The notes beneath the pieces are model-generated. The model did not search any database, was not told where the DNA came from, and saw only the letters and a program-made list of their open reading frames with translations. Of a DNA stretch of 64,000 nt, positions 1 through 9,707 are shown one piece after another. The position numbers and the translations under genes are program-made. Numbering within the stretch: the first letter of the stretch is position 1; every line of letters begins with the position of its first letter. The stretch is from Alphaproteobacteria bacterium (lineage in GTDB: Bacteria > Pseudomonadota > Alphaproteobacteria > Micropepsales > Micropepsaceae): positions 811 through 64,810 of the forward strand of contig JBEPVO010000001.1 in assembly GCA_041690975.1 (NCBI GenBank), written 5' to 3'.

Positions 1-1206
1 GCGCTGGGGCTTTATCGCCGTGACGGCATCGCGGACACGTCCAAGGCACTGGAACGGGTTCCGGTCATTGTGGTGATCGCGGTCGCCGGCTCCAGCCTGG
101 TCACGGTCATTCTGGGATGGACCTTCTCGCTGTCGCTCTGCATTGCGGGCGTGATCTGCTTTACCGCCTGTGCCACGCTGGCGCGTCTCGCATTCGTTTC
201 GCTCCGGCGCCATTCGATATTCCGCACCCGCTTGCTCATCATCGGTGCGGGAAAGCGCGCCTGGGATCTGGTCTGGATTCTACGTACCCAGGGCCGCTAC
301 TGGCAATATGATCTCACCTTCGTGCATGAAGACGGCTTTGGCGAAATCGATCCGCGCTTGGCGGAAGACACCGCCAACCGCATCATCGTCGCGTCCAGCA
401 ATCTTATGAAAGTCGCCAGCCGGGCGCGCGCCGACGAGATCGTGGTCGCGCCGGACGAGCGGCGCGGCATGGCGTTGAAGTCGCTCATCACCTGCAGGGC
501 CGCTGGCTATCCGGTCTCCGAATATTCCAGCTTCCTGGAGAAAGAAGTCTGCCGCATCGATATCAAGCGGCTGGACCTGGCATGGATGCTGTATTCCGAA
601 GGCTTCCGCACCGGCAGGTTGACCGCGGCTTTCAAGCGCGGCTTCGACATCCTCGGGAGTCTGGCGATCCTCATTCCCGTATCACCATTTCTGTTGCTGG
701 CGATGGCAGCGGTGTGGCTGGGCGATCGTGGCCCCATCTTTTACCGGCAGGAACGCGTAACCCGGCGCGGCCGCAATTTTCGTATTCTGAAACTGCGTAC
801 CATGCGGGTGAATGCGGAATCTGGCGGTGCGGTCTGGGCGGCCGCCAAGGACAGCCGGATCACGCCGGTGGGCGAGTTCCTGCGCCGCAGCCGGCTGGAT
901 GAAGTCCCTCAGCTTCTCAACGTTTTGTGGGGAGACATGTCGCTGGTTGGTCCCCGGCCCGAGCGGCCGGAATTCATCGAGGATCTGGCCAAGATGCTGC
1001 CGCTGTATCACGAGCGCCATGCCGTGAAGGCCGGCCTCACTGGCTGGGCCCAGGTCAATTATCCCTATGGCGCCTCGCTGGACGATGCCCGCTCGAAGCT
1101 CAGCTACGACCTCTATTACGTAAAGAATTACAGCCTGTTCTTCGATCTGCGGATCGTCATGCAGACCTTGCGCGTCGTGCTCTGGCCCGGTTCGGGCGTG
1201 CGTTGA
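1..1206 (+). CDS. Exopolysaccharide priming sugar transferase (undecaprenyl-phosphate glycosyl-1-phosphate transferase, WcaJ/PEP-CTERM-associated type), 5'-truncated
   Basis: Frame open from base 1. N-terminal TM helices, then bacterial sugar transferase motifs KRGFDI, GPIFYRQERV, KLRTM, LRRSRLDEVPQLLNVLWGDMSLVGPRPERP, GLTGWAQVN, DLYYVKN. Confidence 0.92.
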   Translation, partial: ALGLYRRDGIADTSKALERVPVIVVIAVAGSSLVTVILGWTFSLSLCIAGVICFTACATLARLAFVSLRRHSIFRTRLLIIGAGKRAWDLVWILRTQGRYWQYDLTFVHEDGFGEIDPRLAEDTANRIIVASSNLMKVASRARADEIVVAPDERRGMALKSLITCRAAGYPVSEYSSFLEKEVCRIDIKRLDLAWMLYSEGFRTGRLTAAFKRGFDILGSLAILIPVSPFLLLAMAAVWLGDRGPIFYRQERVTRRGRNFRILKLRTMRVNAESGGAVWAAAKDSRITPVGEFLRRSRLDEVPQLLNVLWGDMSLVGPRPERPEFIEDLAKMLPLYHERHAVKAGLTGWAQVNYPYGASLDDARSKLSYDLYYVKNYSLFFDLRIVMQTLRVVLWPGSGVR

Positions 1207-1261
1207 TCGGCGCCGTTGGGGCGAGCCGTTTCAGACTCGCCCGCTACGATTTTCAAATGGT

Positions 1262-2395
1262 TCAGTTCTTCGGCGTCACACCGGCATTTCCCGGGCCGCC
1301 GACTGCTTGCAGTTTCGGCAACCTGTCCTCGACCGCCGGCAGGGCCGGATAAGGCGCGTGCGGTTCGGCCTGATACCAATAGGCGACCGAGTAGTAATTG
1401 TCCGACCGGTAGTTGGCATGACCATGCTCGATGGTGGCCTTGAACGATTTGCTGAAGGGGATCGGCGAGTCGAGATGGAAGCGGTAGACGCTTGACCGGC
1501 TTCCCGCCAGTTCGTCACCCACGATCGGCGCGCCATACAGCGGATAGGAAAAAGGATGTCCGCCGAAGTCCCAGGCGCCCAGGAAATAGTCTTCCGCACC
1601 CGTGCCCGCGATGGAAGGCGACTTCTCGCCATCGACGAAGAACATGTCGTCGCCTTCGCCCCACCATAGATCCTGGTTCTGCAAGACGGACATGGTCACG
1701 CCGACAAACTGGCCATGCCCCTGGGCCTCCATCCAGACATAATTATTCTCGCCGGTGAGGTTGGGATTTTTGCTGGTATCCTGGTTCCGCAGCCAATCGT
1801 TGCTGACTCCATGATTCGGCTGCGCCTGGCGATACTGTGCGTGGAAATAGAGCGTGCCGGCGGCCAGCGGGCGCGCATAGGTCCGGTAGTCGATGTTGTA
1901 ATAGAAATCGCCGACCGGCTGTTTGCCTTCATTGGTGATGGTGATGCGGGCATGACGCCCGAACGGCATGGGGAAATAACTGTTCATCGCCTTGTCATTG
2001 CCCACGGACAGCATTTGGGATTGCCAGGTGTTATAGACGCCAAGGCCAAGCCCGAAGAAATCACCGACCGGCGTTTCGACGCTGGGCGTTGTCTCGCCGT
2101 CCCAATAAATGCGCAGGACGATGCGTTTGAGATGGTAGTTTTCATTGGTCGCGATGGTGAACCAGATATGCGAGACGGTGCCGGGACCGTCCGCATCCAG
2201 CACCGTCAAAGTTGCGCCCGGTTCGATCCGCCGGGAATCGTCATTGCGGCCAGTGGGATCCGAACTCGAGGCGCGATGCGGCGTGTAGGTCTGTTGATGC
2301 GTAAGATCCGGCTGCCAGTTTAATTCCTGTGCCGAGACGCTAGCCGCCAGCGAAAGGCCGGCAATCAGAACAAGCGAAGACGCAAGACGCACCAT
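1262..2395 (-). CDS. Secreted DUF2961 / glycoside hydrolase family 172 protein
   Basis: Signal peptide; motifs SSSDPTGRNDD, GPGTVSHIWFT, LRIYWDGE-PSVE-P-GDFFG, WWGEGDDMFF, GTGAEDYF, IEHGH, YSVAYWYQ typical of DUF2961. Confidence 0.88.
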   Translation of the reverse strand: MVRLASSLVLIAGLSLAASVSAQELNWQPDLTHQQTYTPHRASSSDPTGRNDDSRRIEPGATLTVLDADGPGTVSHIWFTIATNENYHLKRIVLRIYWDGETTPSVETPVGDFFGLGLGVYNTWQSQMLSVGNDKAMNSYFPMPFGRHARITITNEGKQPVGDFYYNIDYRTYARPLAAGTLYFHAQYRQAQPNHGVSNDWLRNQDTSKNPNLTGENNYVWMEAQGHGQFVGVTMSVLQNQDLWWGEGDDMFFVDGEKSPSIAGTGAEDYFLGAWDFGGHPFSYPLYGAPIVGDELAGSRSSVYRFHLDSPIPFSKSFKATIEHGHANYRSDNYYSVAYWYQAEPHAPYPALPAVEDRLPKLQAVGGPGNAGVTPKN

Positions 2396-2447
2396 GTCGA
2401 ATTCCTCCCCGGAAAATTCAAATACGAATAGCCACTATTGCGGCCAC

Positions 2448-2459
2448 TATATCGCTATA
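2448..2459. promoter_or_regulatory. Putative LacI-family operator TATATCGCTATA
   Basis: CG-centred near-palindrome between the divergent GH172 and ABC ATPase genes; a near-identical copy lies at 5026-5037. Confidence 0.5.
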
Positions 2460-2472
2460 CTAGCGTCTATGC

Positions 2473-3975
2473 ATGGCGTCTCTTCTTTTGGCCCAAGGTA
2501 TCAAAAAGCGTTTTGGCGGCGCGGCCGCGCTTACCGATGCCCGGTTTGAGCTCGATCGGGGCGAAGTGCATGCCCTGATGGGCGAAAACGGGGCAGGCAA
2601 GAGTACTCTGGCGCGCATTCTTGCGGGTTCGGTCCGGGCCGATAGCGGGCAAATCACCCTGGACGGCCAGGACATATCGCCTGCCGATCCGCTCGATGCC
2701 CAACGGCTGGGGATCGGCATCATCCATCAGGAGCTGGATCTTTTTCCGCATCTGACCGTGGGCGAAAATCTGGTGATCGCCAATCTGCGCTTTGCGGAAG
2801 GCAAGCTGGTCGATGGCGGGGTGATCGAAAGTTTTTGCCGACCGTTCCTGCAGCAAGTCGGGTTGGACGTCGATACCAGGGTCTGGGCTGGCTCACTGTC
2901 TATTGCACAGCAACAATTGCTGATGATCGCACGGGCTTTGAGCATGAATTGCCGGTTGCTGCTGATGGACGAACCCACCAGCGCCCTGTCCGAGGATGCG
3001 GCGGAACGCTTGTTTGCCTTGATCGCCACACTGAAATCGCAGGGCGTGGCGATTGTCTATGTGTCGCACAAGATGGATGAGATTTTCCGGCTGTGCGACC
3101 GGGTCACGGTGTTGCGCGATGGCGAAACCATCGGAACGCGGATGGTGGCATCCACCGATCCGGCGGAATTGATCCGCATGATGGTGGGTCGCACGATAGA
3201 AGCTGGCCCTCCGCGCTGGGCCCGGTCCACGTCCGGGCTTGTCGCGCTGTCGGTTGCCCATCTCACCACCAGCAAGCTGCGCGATGTGTCGTTCGATCTG
3301 TATCGCGGCGAAGTTCTGGGTGTGGCGGGCCTAGTGGGTGCGGGCCGCAGCGAATTGGGCGCGGCTCTTTTCGGTTTGGACCGGATCCGGCAAGGGGAAT
3401 TGAAATTGAAGGGCGAACCCTTTCGTCCTCGCGGGCCTGCCCAAGCCCAAGCGGCCGGAATGGGATTGGTGCCGGAGGACCGCAAACTTCAGGGCCTGAT
3501 GCCGCAGATGAGTGTGCGGGAAAACAGCACGCTCTCGGTGCTGTCCCGTCTCAGTCGCTGGGGCTTGGTCGGCTCCACCCGGGAGAAGAATCTGTTCAAT
3601 CCCATCGCCAGCCGCTTGCGCCTCAAATGCGCGTCGCCCGATGCCGCCATCAGCAGCTTGAGCGGTGGCAATCAGCAAAAAGCGTTGCTGGCCCGTTGGA
3701 TTTTCGCTGATCCCGATGTGCTGTTCTTGGATGATCCGGCGCGCGGCATCGATGTGGCGGCCAAGGAAGATATTTATCGGCTGATCCAGGAACTGTCCGC
3801 CAGCGGCAAAAGCATATTATTGGCCAGTTCTGAATTGCCGGAGCTGATGCGCTGCTGTCATCGCATCATGGTGCTGAAGGATGGTCGCGTCTCCGGCATG
3901 TTCCCGGCCCATTCTGCCACCCAAGAAGAAATCATGGCGGCTGCGGCTCATGCGCCGCTGGCGCAAACCGGCTGA
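2473..3975 (+). CDS. Monosaccharide ABC transporter ATP-binding protein (RbsA/MglA type, two ABC domains)
   Basis: Walker A GENGAGKST, LLMDEPT, YVSHKMDE, GLVGAGRSEL, VPEDRK, LSGGNQQK. Confidence 0.95.
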   Translation: MASLLLAQGIKKRFGGAAALTDARFELDRGEVHALMGENGAGKSTLARILAGSVRADSGQITLDGQDISPADPLDAQRLGIGIIHQELDLFPHLTVGENLVIANLRFAEGKLVDGGVIESFCRPFLQQVGLDVDTRVWAGSLSIAQQQLLMIARALSMNCRLLLMDEPTSALSEDAAERLFALIATLKSQGVAIVYVSHKMDEIFRLCDRVTVLRDGETIGTRMVASTDPAELIRMMVGRTIEAGPPRWARSTSGLVALSVAHLTTSKLRDVSFDLYRGEVLGVAGLVGAGRSELGAALFGLDRIRQGELKLKGEPFRPRGPAQAQAAGMGLVPEDRKLQGLMPQMSVRENSTLSVLSRLSRWGLVGSTREKNLFNPIASRLRLKCASPDAAISSLSGGNQQKALLARWIFADPDVLFLDDPARGIDVAAKEDIYRLIQELSASGKSILLASSELPELMRCCHRIMVLKDGRVSGMFPAHSATQEEIMAAAAHAPLAQTG

Positions 3976-3978
3976 CAC

Positions 3979-4983
3979 ATGCCCGTCCGGATGAAGGATA
4001 TCGCGCGTGACCTGGGCATATCGCCGATGGCGGTATCCAAGGCGCTGCGCAACCACAAGGACATAAGCCAGGAGACCAAGGAGCGCGTCCGCAAGCGAGC
4101 GGCGGAGCTGAATTACCGCATGGATTGGGTGGCCCGCAGCATGGTCACCGGCCGGACCTATCTGGTGGGACTGGTAGTGCCGGACTTGATGCAGTCCTTC
4201 TTTGCGGAAATCGCCGTGGCCCTGACCGCAGCGCTTTCACCGGCAGGCTATCATCTGCTGATTTCGCACAGCAGTGAGAATGCCGCCGACGAGGTCGCCA
4301 ATATCGACTTGCTGGTGTCCCGCAAAGTCGACGGGCTGATAATTGCTTCGGCGCAGCGCACGGCTACTGCGCTCAAATCCCTCAAGACGCCGTATGTGCT
4401 GATCGACCGCCGCGTGCCTGGCCTCAAAGCCAATTATATCGGCACGGAAAATGAAGATATCGGGTTCTTGGCCACCCGGCATCTTATCGAGCAGGGCTGT
4501 CGCCGCATCGCGCACCTCAAGGGGCCGTCGCTATCCACAGCCCAGGGCCGCATGCGCGGCTATCGCCGTGCGCTGGAACGCCATGGCCTTACGGCGCGGG
4601 ACGATCTTGTTCTGGACGCCGGGCACGACGATGCCAGCGGCTATCAGGCGATGCAGCGGCTTTTGTCGCGCAAGCAGCGGCCCGATGGCGTCTTTTGTTT
4701 CAACGATCCGGTGGCGGTGGGGGCGATGCGCGCCATCCTGGAAGCGGGGCTTTCCATTCCCAAGGATATCGCGCTGATCGGGGTGGCCAACATGCATTCT
4801 TCCGACATGTTCCGGGTGCCACTGTCGACCGTCGATCAGGGCACGTCCGCGATGGGCGAGCAGGCCGCCAATCTGTTGCTTGCCAGCATGGCGGCCGGAA
4901 AATCGTTGCCGCCGCGGCAAGTGATCTTGCCGCCCCGGCTGATCGTGCGATCCTCGACCCGGCGGCTTGCGCCCGAACGCTGA
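3979..4983 (+). CDS. LacI-family transcriptional regulator
   Basis: N-terminal HTH MKDIARDLGISPMAVSKAL plus sugar-binding domain (FCFND, PLSTVDQ, LIVRSS). Confidence 0.95.
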   Translation: MPVRMKDIARDLGISPMAVSKALRNHKDISQETKERVRKRAAELNYRMDWVARSMVTGRTYLVGLVVPDLMQSFFAEIAVALTAALSPAGYHLLISHSSENAADEVANIDLLVSRKVDGLIIASAQRTATALKSLKTPYVLIDRRVPGLKANYIGTENEDIGFLATRHLIEQGCRRIAHLKGPSLSTAQGRMRGYRRALERHGLTARDDLVLDAGHDDASGYQAMQRLLSRKQRPDGVFCFNDPVAVGAMRAILEAGLSIPKDIALIGVANMHSSDMFRVPLSTVDQGTSAMGEQAANLLLASMAAGKSLPPRQVILPPRLIVRSSTRRLAPER

Positions 4984-5025
4984 GGCCGCGCGACGATTGA
5001 CAAGTCCGGTGGAGCGGGCAAATGC

Positions 5026-5037
5026 TATATCGATAAA
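5026..5037. promoter_or_regulatory. Putative LacI-family operator TATATCGATAAA
   Basis: Near-palindrome matching the 2448-2459 site, just upstream of the permease gene; TTGACA at 4997-5002. Confidence 0.5.
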
Positions 5038-5082
5038 GTACGGATGGGCAAACTGGACCTACCGGCAAAAAAAACGAGATGG

Positions 5083-6054
5083 ATGCTGGAAATGGGGCGC
5101 GTGCTGCGTACGCCCAGCCTGGCCGCATTGCTGGTTCTGGTGATCCTGGCCGTGATCGTCAGTCCTATTGCCCAGGACGGCTCACGCATCTTTTTTCAGC
5201 TGGGCAACCTCACTGACATCCTGCGCCAGGTTTCGCTGATCGGCATCATTGCGCTGGGCATGACCTTCGCGATCCTGACAGGTGGGATCGATCTCAGCGT
5301 CGGCAGCGTATTGGCGCTTTCCACTGCGCTGGTCGCCGCATCGCTCTCGCATGGCTGGGTGCGGGGCGCCCCCACGGTCCAGATCGCTGCGGCCATCGCA
5401 ATCGCCGTCATAGCGTGCGGTTTGGTCGGCGCTCTCAACGGTATCGTCATCGCGCGGCTGAAGGTACAGCCCTTCATCGCCACCCTGGCGGCGATGATCG
5501 GCATCCGTGGTTTCGCCAAATGGTTCACGGGTAATGAGAATATCGACATCGGTTTCGGCCGCGACGTCGCCGCGCAATTCGCCGCTATTTTCCGCGAGAA
5601 ATCCGTCGTCATCGGCAGCTATGCGGTGTTGGCGGCCCTGTTCTGGCTGCTGCTGTCGAAGACCGTGTTCGGGCGGCATGTCCGCGCTGTCGGTGACAAT
5701 CCGACGGCGGCTCTGTATGCCGGGCTGCCGATCCTGCGGACGCAATTGTGGGTCTATACCTTGGCAGGATTGCTCGCCGGAATCGCGGGCGTGCTTTATG
5801 CCGCTGAGAACAACCAGGGTAATCCCAATGCGGGCGTGGCCTATGAGCTGGACGCCATCGCCGCCGTGGTGATCGGCGGCACGCGCCTTTCCGGCGGCCA
5901 GGGCACGATCGCCGGCACCATCATCGGAACCTTGATCATGGGCGTGCTGACCAACATGCTGCGCCTCAACAATATCGACAGCAATGTGGAAATGATGATC
6001 AAGGCGGTCATCATCGTTTTGGCCGTGGCCGTGCAGCGGAGTCGAAAGTCATGA
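5083..6054 (+). CDS. Sugar ABC transporter permease (RbsC type); start uncertain (5044/5083/5092)
   Basis: Multiple TM helices; ILTGGIDLSVGS, PFIATLA, GRHVRAVGDN, YELDAIAAVVIGGT. Confidence 0.93.
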   Translation: MLEMGRVLRTPSLAALLVLVILAVIVSPIAQDGSRIFFQLGNLTDILRQVSLIGIIALGMTFAILTGGIDLSVGSVLALSTALVAASLSHGWVRGAPTVQIAAAIAIAVIACGLVGALNGIVIARLKVQPFIATLAAMIGIRGFAKWFTGNENIDIGFGRDVAAQFAAIFREKSVVIGSYAVLAALFWLLLSKTVFGRHVRAVGDNPTAALYAGLPILRTQLWVYTLAGLLAGIAGVLYAAENNQGNPNAGVAYELDAIAAVVIGGTRLSGGQGTIAGTIIGTLIMGVLTNMLRLNNIDSNVEMMIKAVIIVLAVAVQRSRKS

Positions 6055-7013
6055 AGGCGATCAAGATACTCTGTGTCGGAATGACCCTCCTGCTGGCGGG
6101 CTGCGGCGACCAGAAGCCGCAACAGAAGATGGTGGCCTTCTCCCAGGCGAATAATGCCGAGCCTTATCGGGCGACGCAAAAAGCGCTGATGGAAAAACTC
6201 TTTGTGGCGACGCCGAACGTCAAGCTGGTGGTCTCGGATGCCCAACAGGACAACAGCAAGCAGATCGCCCAGATCGAAACCTTCATCCGGCAGAAGCCAT
6301 CGGTTTTGATCGTGGCGCCGAACGAACGCGCCGCGCTGACGGCGGTGATGGGCAAGGCGATGGAAGCGGGTATTCCTGTGATTTGCCTGGAACGCGATAT
6401 TCTGGAGCCCAACTACACCACCTATATCCGAATGGATAACAAGGCGATCGGGCGGCTGGCCGGACAATTCATCGTCGATCAGCTGACCAAGAAATATGGA
6501 ACGCCCAAGGGCAATGTGGTGATGCTGCGCGGCTTGTTGGGCGTGGAAGCAGAGATCAATCGCGACGGCGGTGCGCGGGAGATCCTCAATCGCTATCCGC
6601 AAATCCATATCGTGGCTGATCCGGTGGCGGACTGGATTCAGGCCCAGGCCAAGGATCGCATGACCGAAGTGTTGCGGGTCCAGCCGCAAATCGATGTCGT
6701 GTATGGGCACAATGATCCGATGGCGATCGGCGGTTATCTTGCGGCCAAAGAACTCAACCGCGACAAGGAGATGATCTTTATCGGCGTCGATGGCTTGGGC
6801 GGACCGTCGGGCGGGATCAAGAAGGTGGTCGATGGCGTGCTGGCCGCCACCTTTGTCTACCCGCTGGGTGTGCGCGAGGCGGTTGATATCGCGCAGAAGA
6901 TCGTGAAGGACCCGGCGTTCAAGCCGGAAAAGGAAATCACCTTGAACTCCACCATGGTTACGCCGGAAAACGCGACCGACCTTTACCAGAAACTGACCGT
7001 CGCAACCGACTGA
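6051..7013 (+). CDS. Sugar ABC transporter substrate-binding lipoprotein (RbsB type)
   Basis: Lipobox LAGC; DAQQDNSKQIAQIE, HNDPMAIG, GVDG; ATGA overlap with the permease stop. Confidence 0.92.
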   Translation: MKAIKILCVGMTLLLAGCGDQKPQQKMVAFSQANNAEPYRATQKALMEKLFVATPNVKLVVSDAQQDNSKQIAQIETFIRQKPSVLIVAPNERAALTAVMGKAMEAGIPVICLERDILEPNYTTYIRMDNKAIGRLAGQFIVDQLTKKYGTPKGNVVMLRGLLGVEAEINRDGGAREILNRYPQIHIVADPVADWIQAQAKDRMTEVLRVQPQIDVVYGHNDPMAIGGYLAAKELNRDKEMIFIGVDGLGGPSGGIKKVVDGVLAATFVYPLGVREAVDIAQKIVKDPAFKPEKEITLNSTMVTPENATDLYQKLTVATD

Positions 7014-7057
7014 ACCGGCAATCGGCCGCAAGGCCGGAAAGACACTCCCGGGAGGCA

Positions 7058-8653
7058 ATGATGACCCAACCTATTTTTCTTGTCGCCAACGGCGATCTAA
7101 GACTTTCCGCCAATCAGAAGTGCTGGCCGGTCCAGGCGGATGTCGAGGCGGCGATCGTTGCCGGCGTGCGGGCCAGGGGGCACGAAGTGCGCCGGGCGCA
7201 TGATTATGATCCCATCAAGCAGCATGGCTTCATCGACAGCCAGAAGCGCGGCATCGAAGTCTTCCGCACCATTCCGGAAGACGCGCCGTTGCTGGTGGTC
7301 GAAGCGGTCTGGCAATACAGCCAGCATCTGATGGCCGGCCTGCTGCATCACAAAGGGCCGATCCTCACGATTGCGAACTGGAGCGGGCAATGGCCGGGCC
7401 TGGTGGGCCTGCTCAATCTCAATGCTTCATTGCGCAAAGCGGGCAAGGATTTCGACACGCTGTGGAGTGTTGATTTCACGGACCGCTTCTTTCTGGATGG
7501 CCTGGAGACGTGGCTGAAGGGTGGCCGGATCCGGCATGACCGTTCGCATGTGCGGCCCATGGCCAAGGCGTCTCTACCTGTGGAAGCGCGCGCATTGGGC
7601 AAGACGCTTGCCGACAAGCTGCGGCGCGACAAGGCGATCCTGGGTGTGTTCGATGAAGGTTGCATGGGCATGTACAACGCCATCATTCCCGACGAATTGC
7701 TGGCACCGATGGGCGTTTTCAAGGAACGCCTCAGCCAGTCCGCGCTATATGCCGAGATGTTGAACACGCCGGAAGCCGAGGCCCGCGCTGTTTATGACTG
7801 GCTGGTCAAGAAAGGCATGCGCTTCAAATTCGGCCCTGTGCCCGAAACCGACCTGACCGAAGCGCAGGTTCTCGAGCAGTGCAAGATGTACATCGCCACC
7901 TTGCGGATCTCGGACGCGTTCGGATGCGATGTGGTGGGCATTCAGTATCAGCAGGGCCTGAAAGATCTCACGGCAGCGTCGGATCTGGCGGAAGGCATCC
8001 TGAACAATGTGGACCGCCCGCCGGTCAAGGATCGGGAAGGCAAGCTTCTTTATCCCAACGCGCCGCTGCCGCATTTCAACGAAGTCGATGAAGGTGTGGC
8101 ACTGGATGCACTGGTCACCAACCGGGTGTGGAACGCCTTGGGCCTGCCGCCGGAAACCACCTTGCACGATGTCCGCTATGGCGAGGAGTATGACGGCCAA
8201 TTCATCTGGACCTTGGAGATTTCTGGGTCCGTGCCGCCGGCGCATTTCGCGGGCGGCTATGCCGAAGCTGTGAGCGAGCGTCAGCCGCCGATGTATTTCC
8301 GGCTGGGCGGCGGCACCATCAAGGGCATCAGCAAGCCCGGATCAGTGGTCTGGAGCCGTATTTATGTTGAGGCTGGTGTTCTGAAGGCGGATATGGGGTT
8401 GGCCCAATCCGTGGCGTTGCCGCAAGAAGAGACCGAGCGGCGCTGGCAGATCACCACGCCGCAATGGCCGATGATGCACACGGTATTGCCCGGCATCAGC
8501 CGCGACCAGTTCATGGCGCAACATTGCTCCAACCATATCCAGGTGGCGTATGCGCCCGATCCGGCCAGCGCGTTCAAGGCGCTGTCGGTCAAGGCGGCGA
8601 TGTTCAGTGAGATGGGAATTGCGATCAATTTTTGCGGCGATGTGACGGCATAG
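7058..8653 (+). CDS. L-fucose/D-arabinose isomerase-family (FucI/AraA-like) protein
   Basis: 531 aa; WPGLVGLLNL, GIQYQQG, HFNEVD, TLHD, C-terminal SNHIQVAY; RBS GGAGG; sugar operon context. Confidence 0.7.
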   Translation: MMTQPIFLVANGDLRLSANQKCWPVQADVEAAIVAGVRARGHEVRRAHDYDPIKQHGFIDSQKRGIEVFRTIPEDAPLLVVEAVWQYSQHLMAGLLHHKGPILTIANWSGQWPGLVGLLNLNASLRKAGKDFDTLWSVDFTDRFFLDGLETWLKGGRIRHDRSHVRPMAKASLPVEARALGKTLADKLRRDKAILGVFDEGCMGMYNAIIPDELLAPMGVFKERLSQSALYAEMLNTPEAEARAVYDWLVKKGMRFKFGPVPETDLTEAQVLEQCKMYIATLRISDAFGCDVVGIQYQQGLKDLTAASDLAEGILNNVDRPPVKDREGKLLYPNAPLPHFNEVDEGVALDALVTNRVWNALGLPPETTLHDVRYGEEYDGQFIWTLEISGSVPPAHFAGGYAEAVSERQPPMYFRLGGGTIKGISKPGSVVWSRIYVEAGVLKADMGLAQSVALPQEETERRWQITTPQWPMMHTVLPGISRDQFMAQHCSNHIQVAYAPDPASAFKALSVKAAMFSEMGIAINFCGDVTA

Positions 8654-8672
8654 CTGCCGATTGGGAGGGGTC

Positions 8673-9683
8673 ATGAACGGATCGATCTGGAATCGCAGAA
8701 ACATTATCAGCGGCGCGGCGAAGCTTGTCGGCGCGCTGGGCACGATGGCCGCGGCGGGCCCGGCACAGGCCCAGGCCAACAAAGGTACGGCGACTGATAC
8801 GCCGGGACTGACCACCGATCTGTTGAAACAAGATCGACTGCCATTCCGCATCGGCTTCGAGCATGTCTTCGATCCATCCGTGGGCGAGGAGGTGCCCTGG
8901 TATCTCAATGATCATTGCCTGATCCGGGCCGATGACGGGGTCTGGCACCTGTTCGGCATCACGCACAAGGAACCCGCCGATCCGGACCATGAATCCTTTT
9001 TTCTCCACGCCACCGCGCCAGATGTGAAGGGGCCTTGGAAAAAGCAGGCGCCGGTGATGCATATCGATCCGGCATTCCAGGAAACCGTGGTCTGGGCGCC
9101 GCATGTCGTGGCGCATGATGGTCGCTATTGGATGTTCTATTGCGCCGGCGGTAAGGACCACACGCAATTTCACATCCATCTGGCAACATCGACCGACCTG
9201 ACGAACTGGACCCGGCATCCCAGCAATCCCGTGGTCGTCGATGGCTATGATGCGCGTGATCCCATGGCGCTGCATGACGGCAATCAGTGGATTCTTTATT
9301 ATTGCGCGACCGAGACGCCCCAGGGCGGCAATCATGTCGTCAAGGCAATGACCAGCCCGGACCTGGTGCACTGGTCGAAGTCGCGGATCGTTTTCCGGTC
9401 GCCGCAAAAAGGCACCTTTGGCGGCCCGACGGAATCGCCCTTTGTCGTTCCCCGGAACGGAAAATATTATCTCTTTGTCTGCACCAACCAGCCCTACAAC
9501 AACAGCGCAGCCTATGTGAGCGAGTCGCCGTTGGCGTTCGATCCCGCCCGGATCGTGCTGAATTTCCCGGCGCATGGTGCGGAGGTCATTCGCACGCCGG
9601 ACGAGCGATGGTTTGTTTCCACCTGCGGCTGGGAGCAGGGCGGTCTTTATCTGGCCGAGCTGCGCTGGGACGATCATGCGTAG
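8673..9683 (+). CDS. Tat-secreted five-bladed beta-propeller glycoside hydrolase (GH32/GH43-like)
   Basis: Twin-arginine leader (NRRNII...AQA); WYLNDH, WAPHV, ARDPM and TESP resemble the GH32 WMNDPN/RDP/EC motifs. Confidence 0.75.
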   Translation: MNGSIWNRRNIISGAAKLVGALGTMAAAGPAQAQANKGTATDTPGLTTDLLKQDRLPFRIGFEHVFDPSVGEEVPWYLNDHCLIRADDGVWHLFGITHKEPADPDHESFFLHATAPDVKGPWKKQAPVMHIDPAFQETVVWAPHVVAHDGRYWMFYCAGGKDHTQFHIHLATSTDLTNWTRHPSNPVVVDGYDARDPMALHDGNQWILYYCATETPQGGNHVVKAMTSPDLVHWSKSRIVFRSPQKGTFGGPTESPFVVPRNGKYYLFVCTNQPYNNSAAYVSESPLAFDPARIVLNFPAHGAEVIRTPDERWFVSTCGWEQGGLYLAELRWDDHA

Positions 9684-9707
9684 CGCATTGGTTCGGCAAG
9701 TGCTTTC

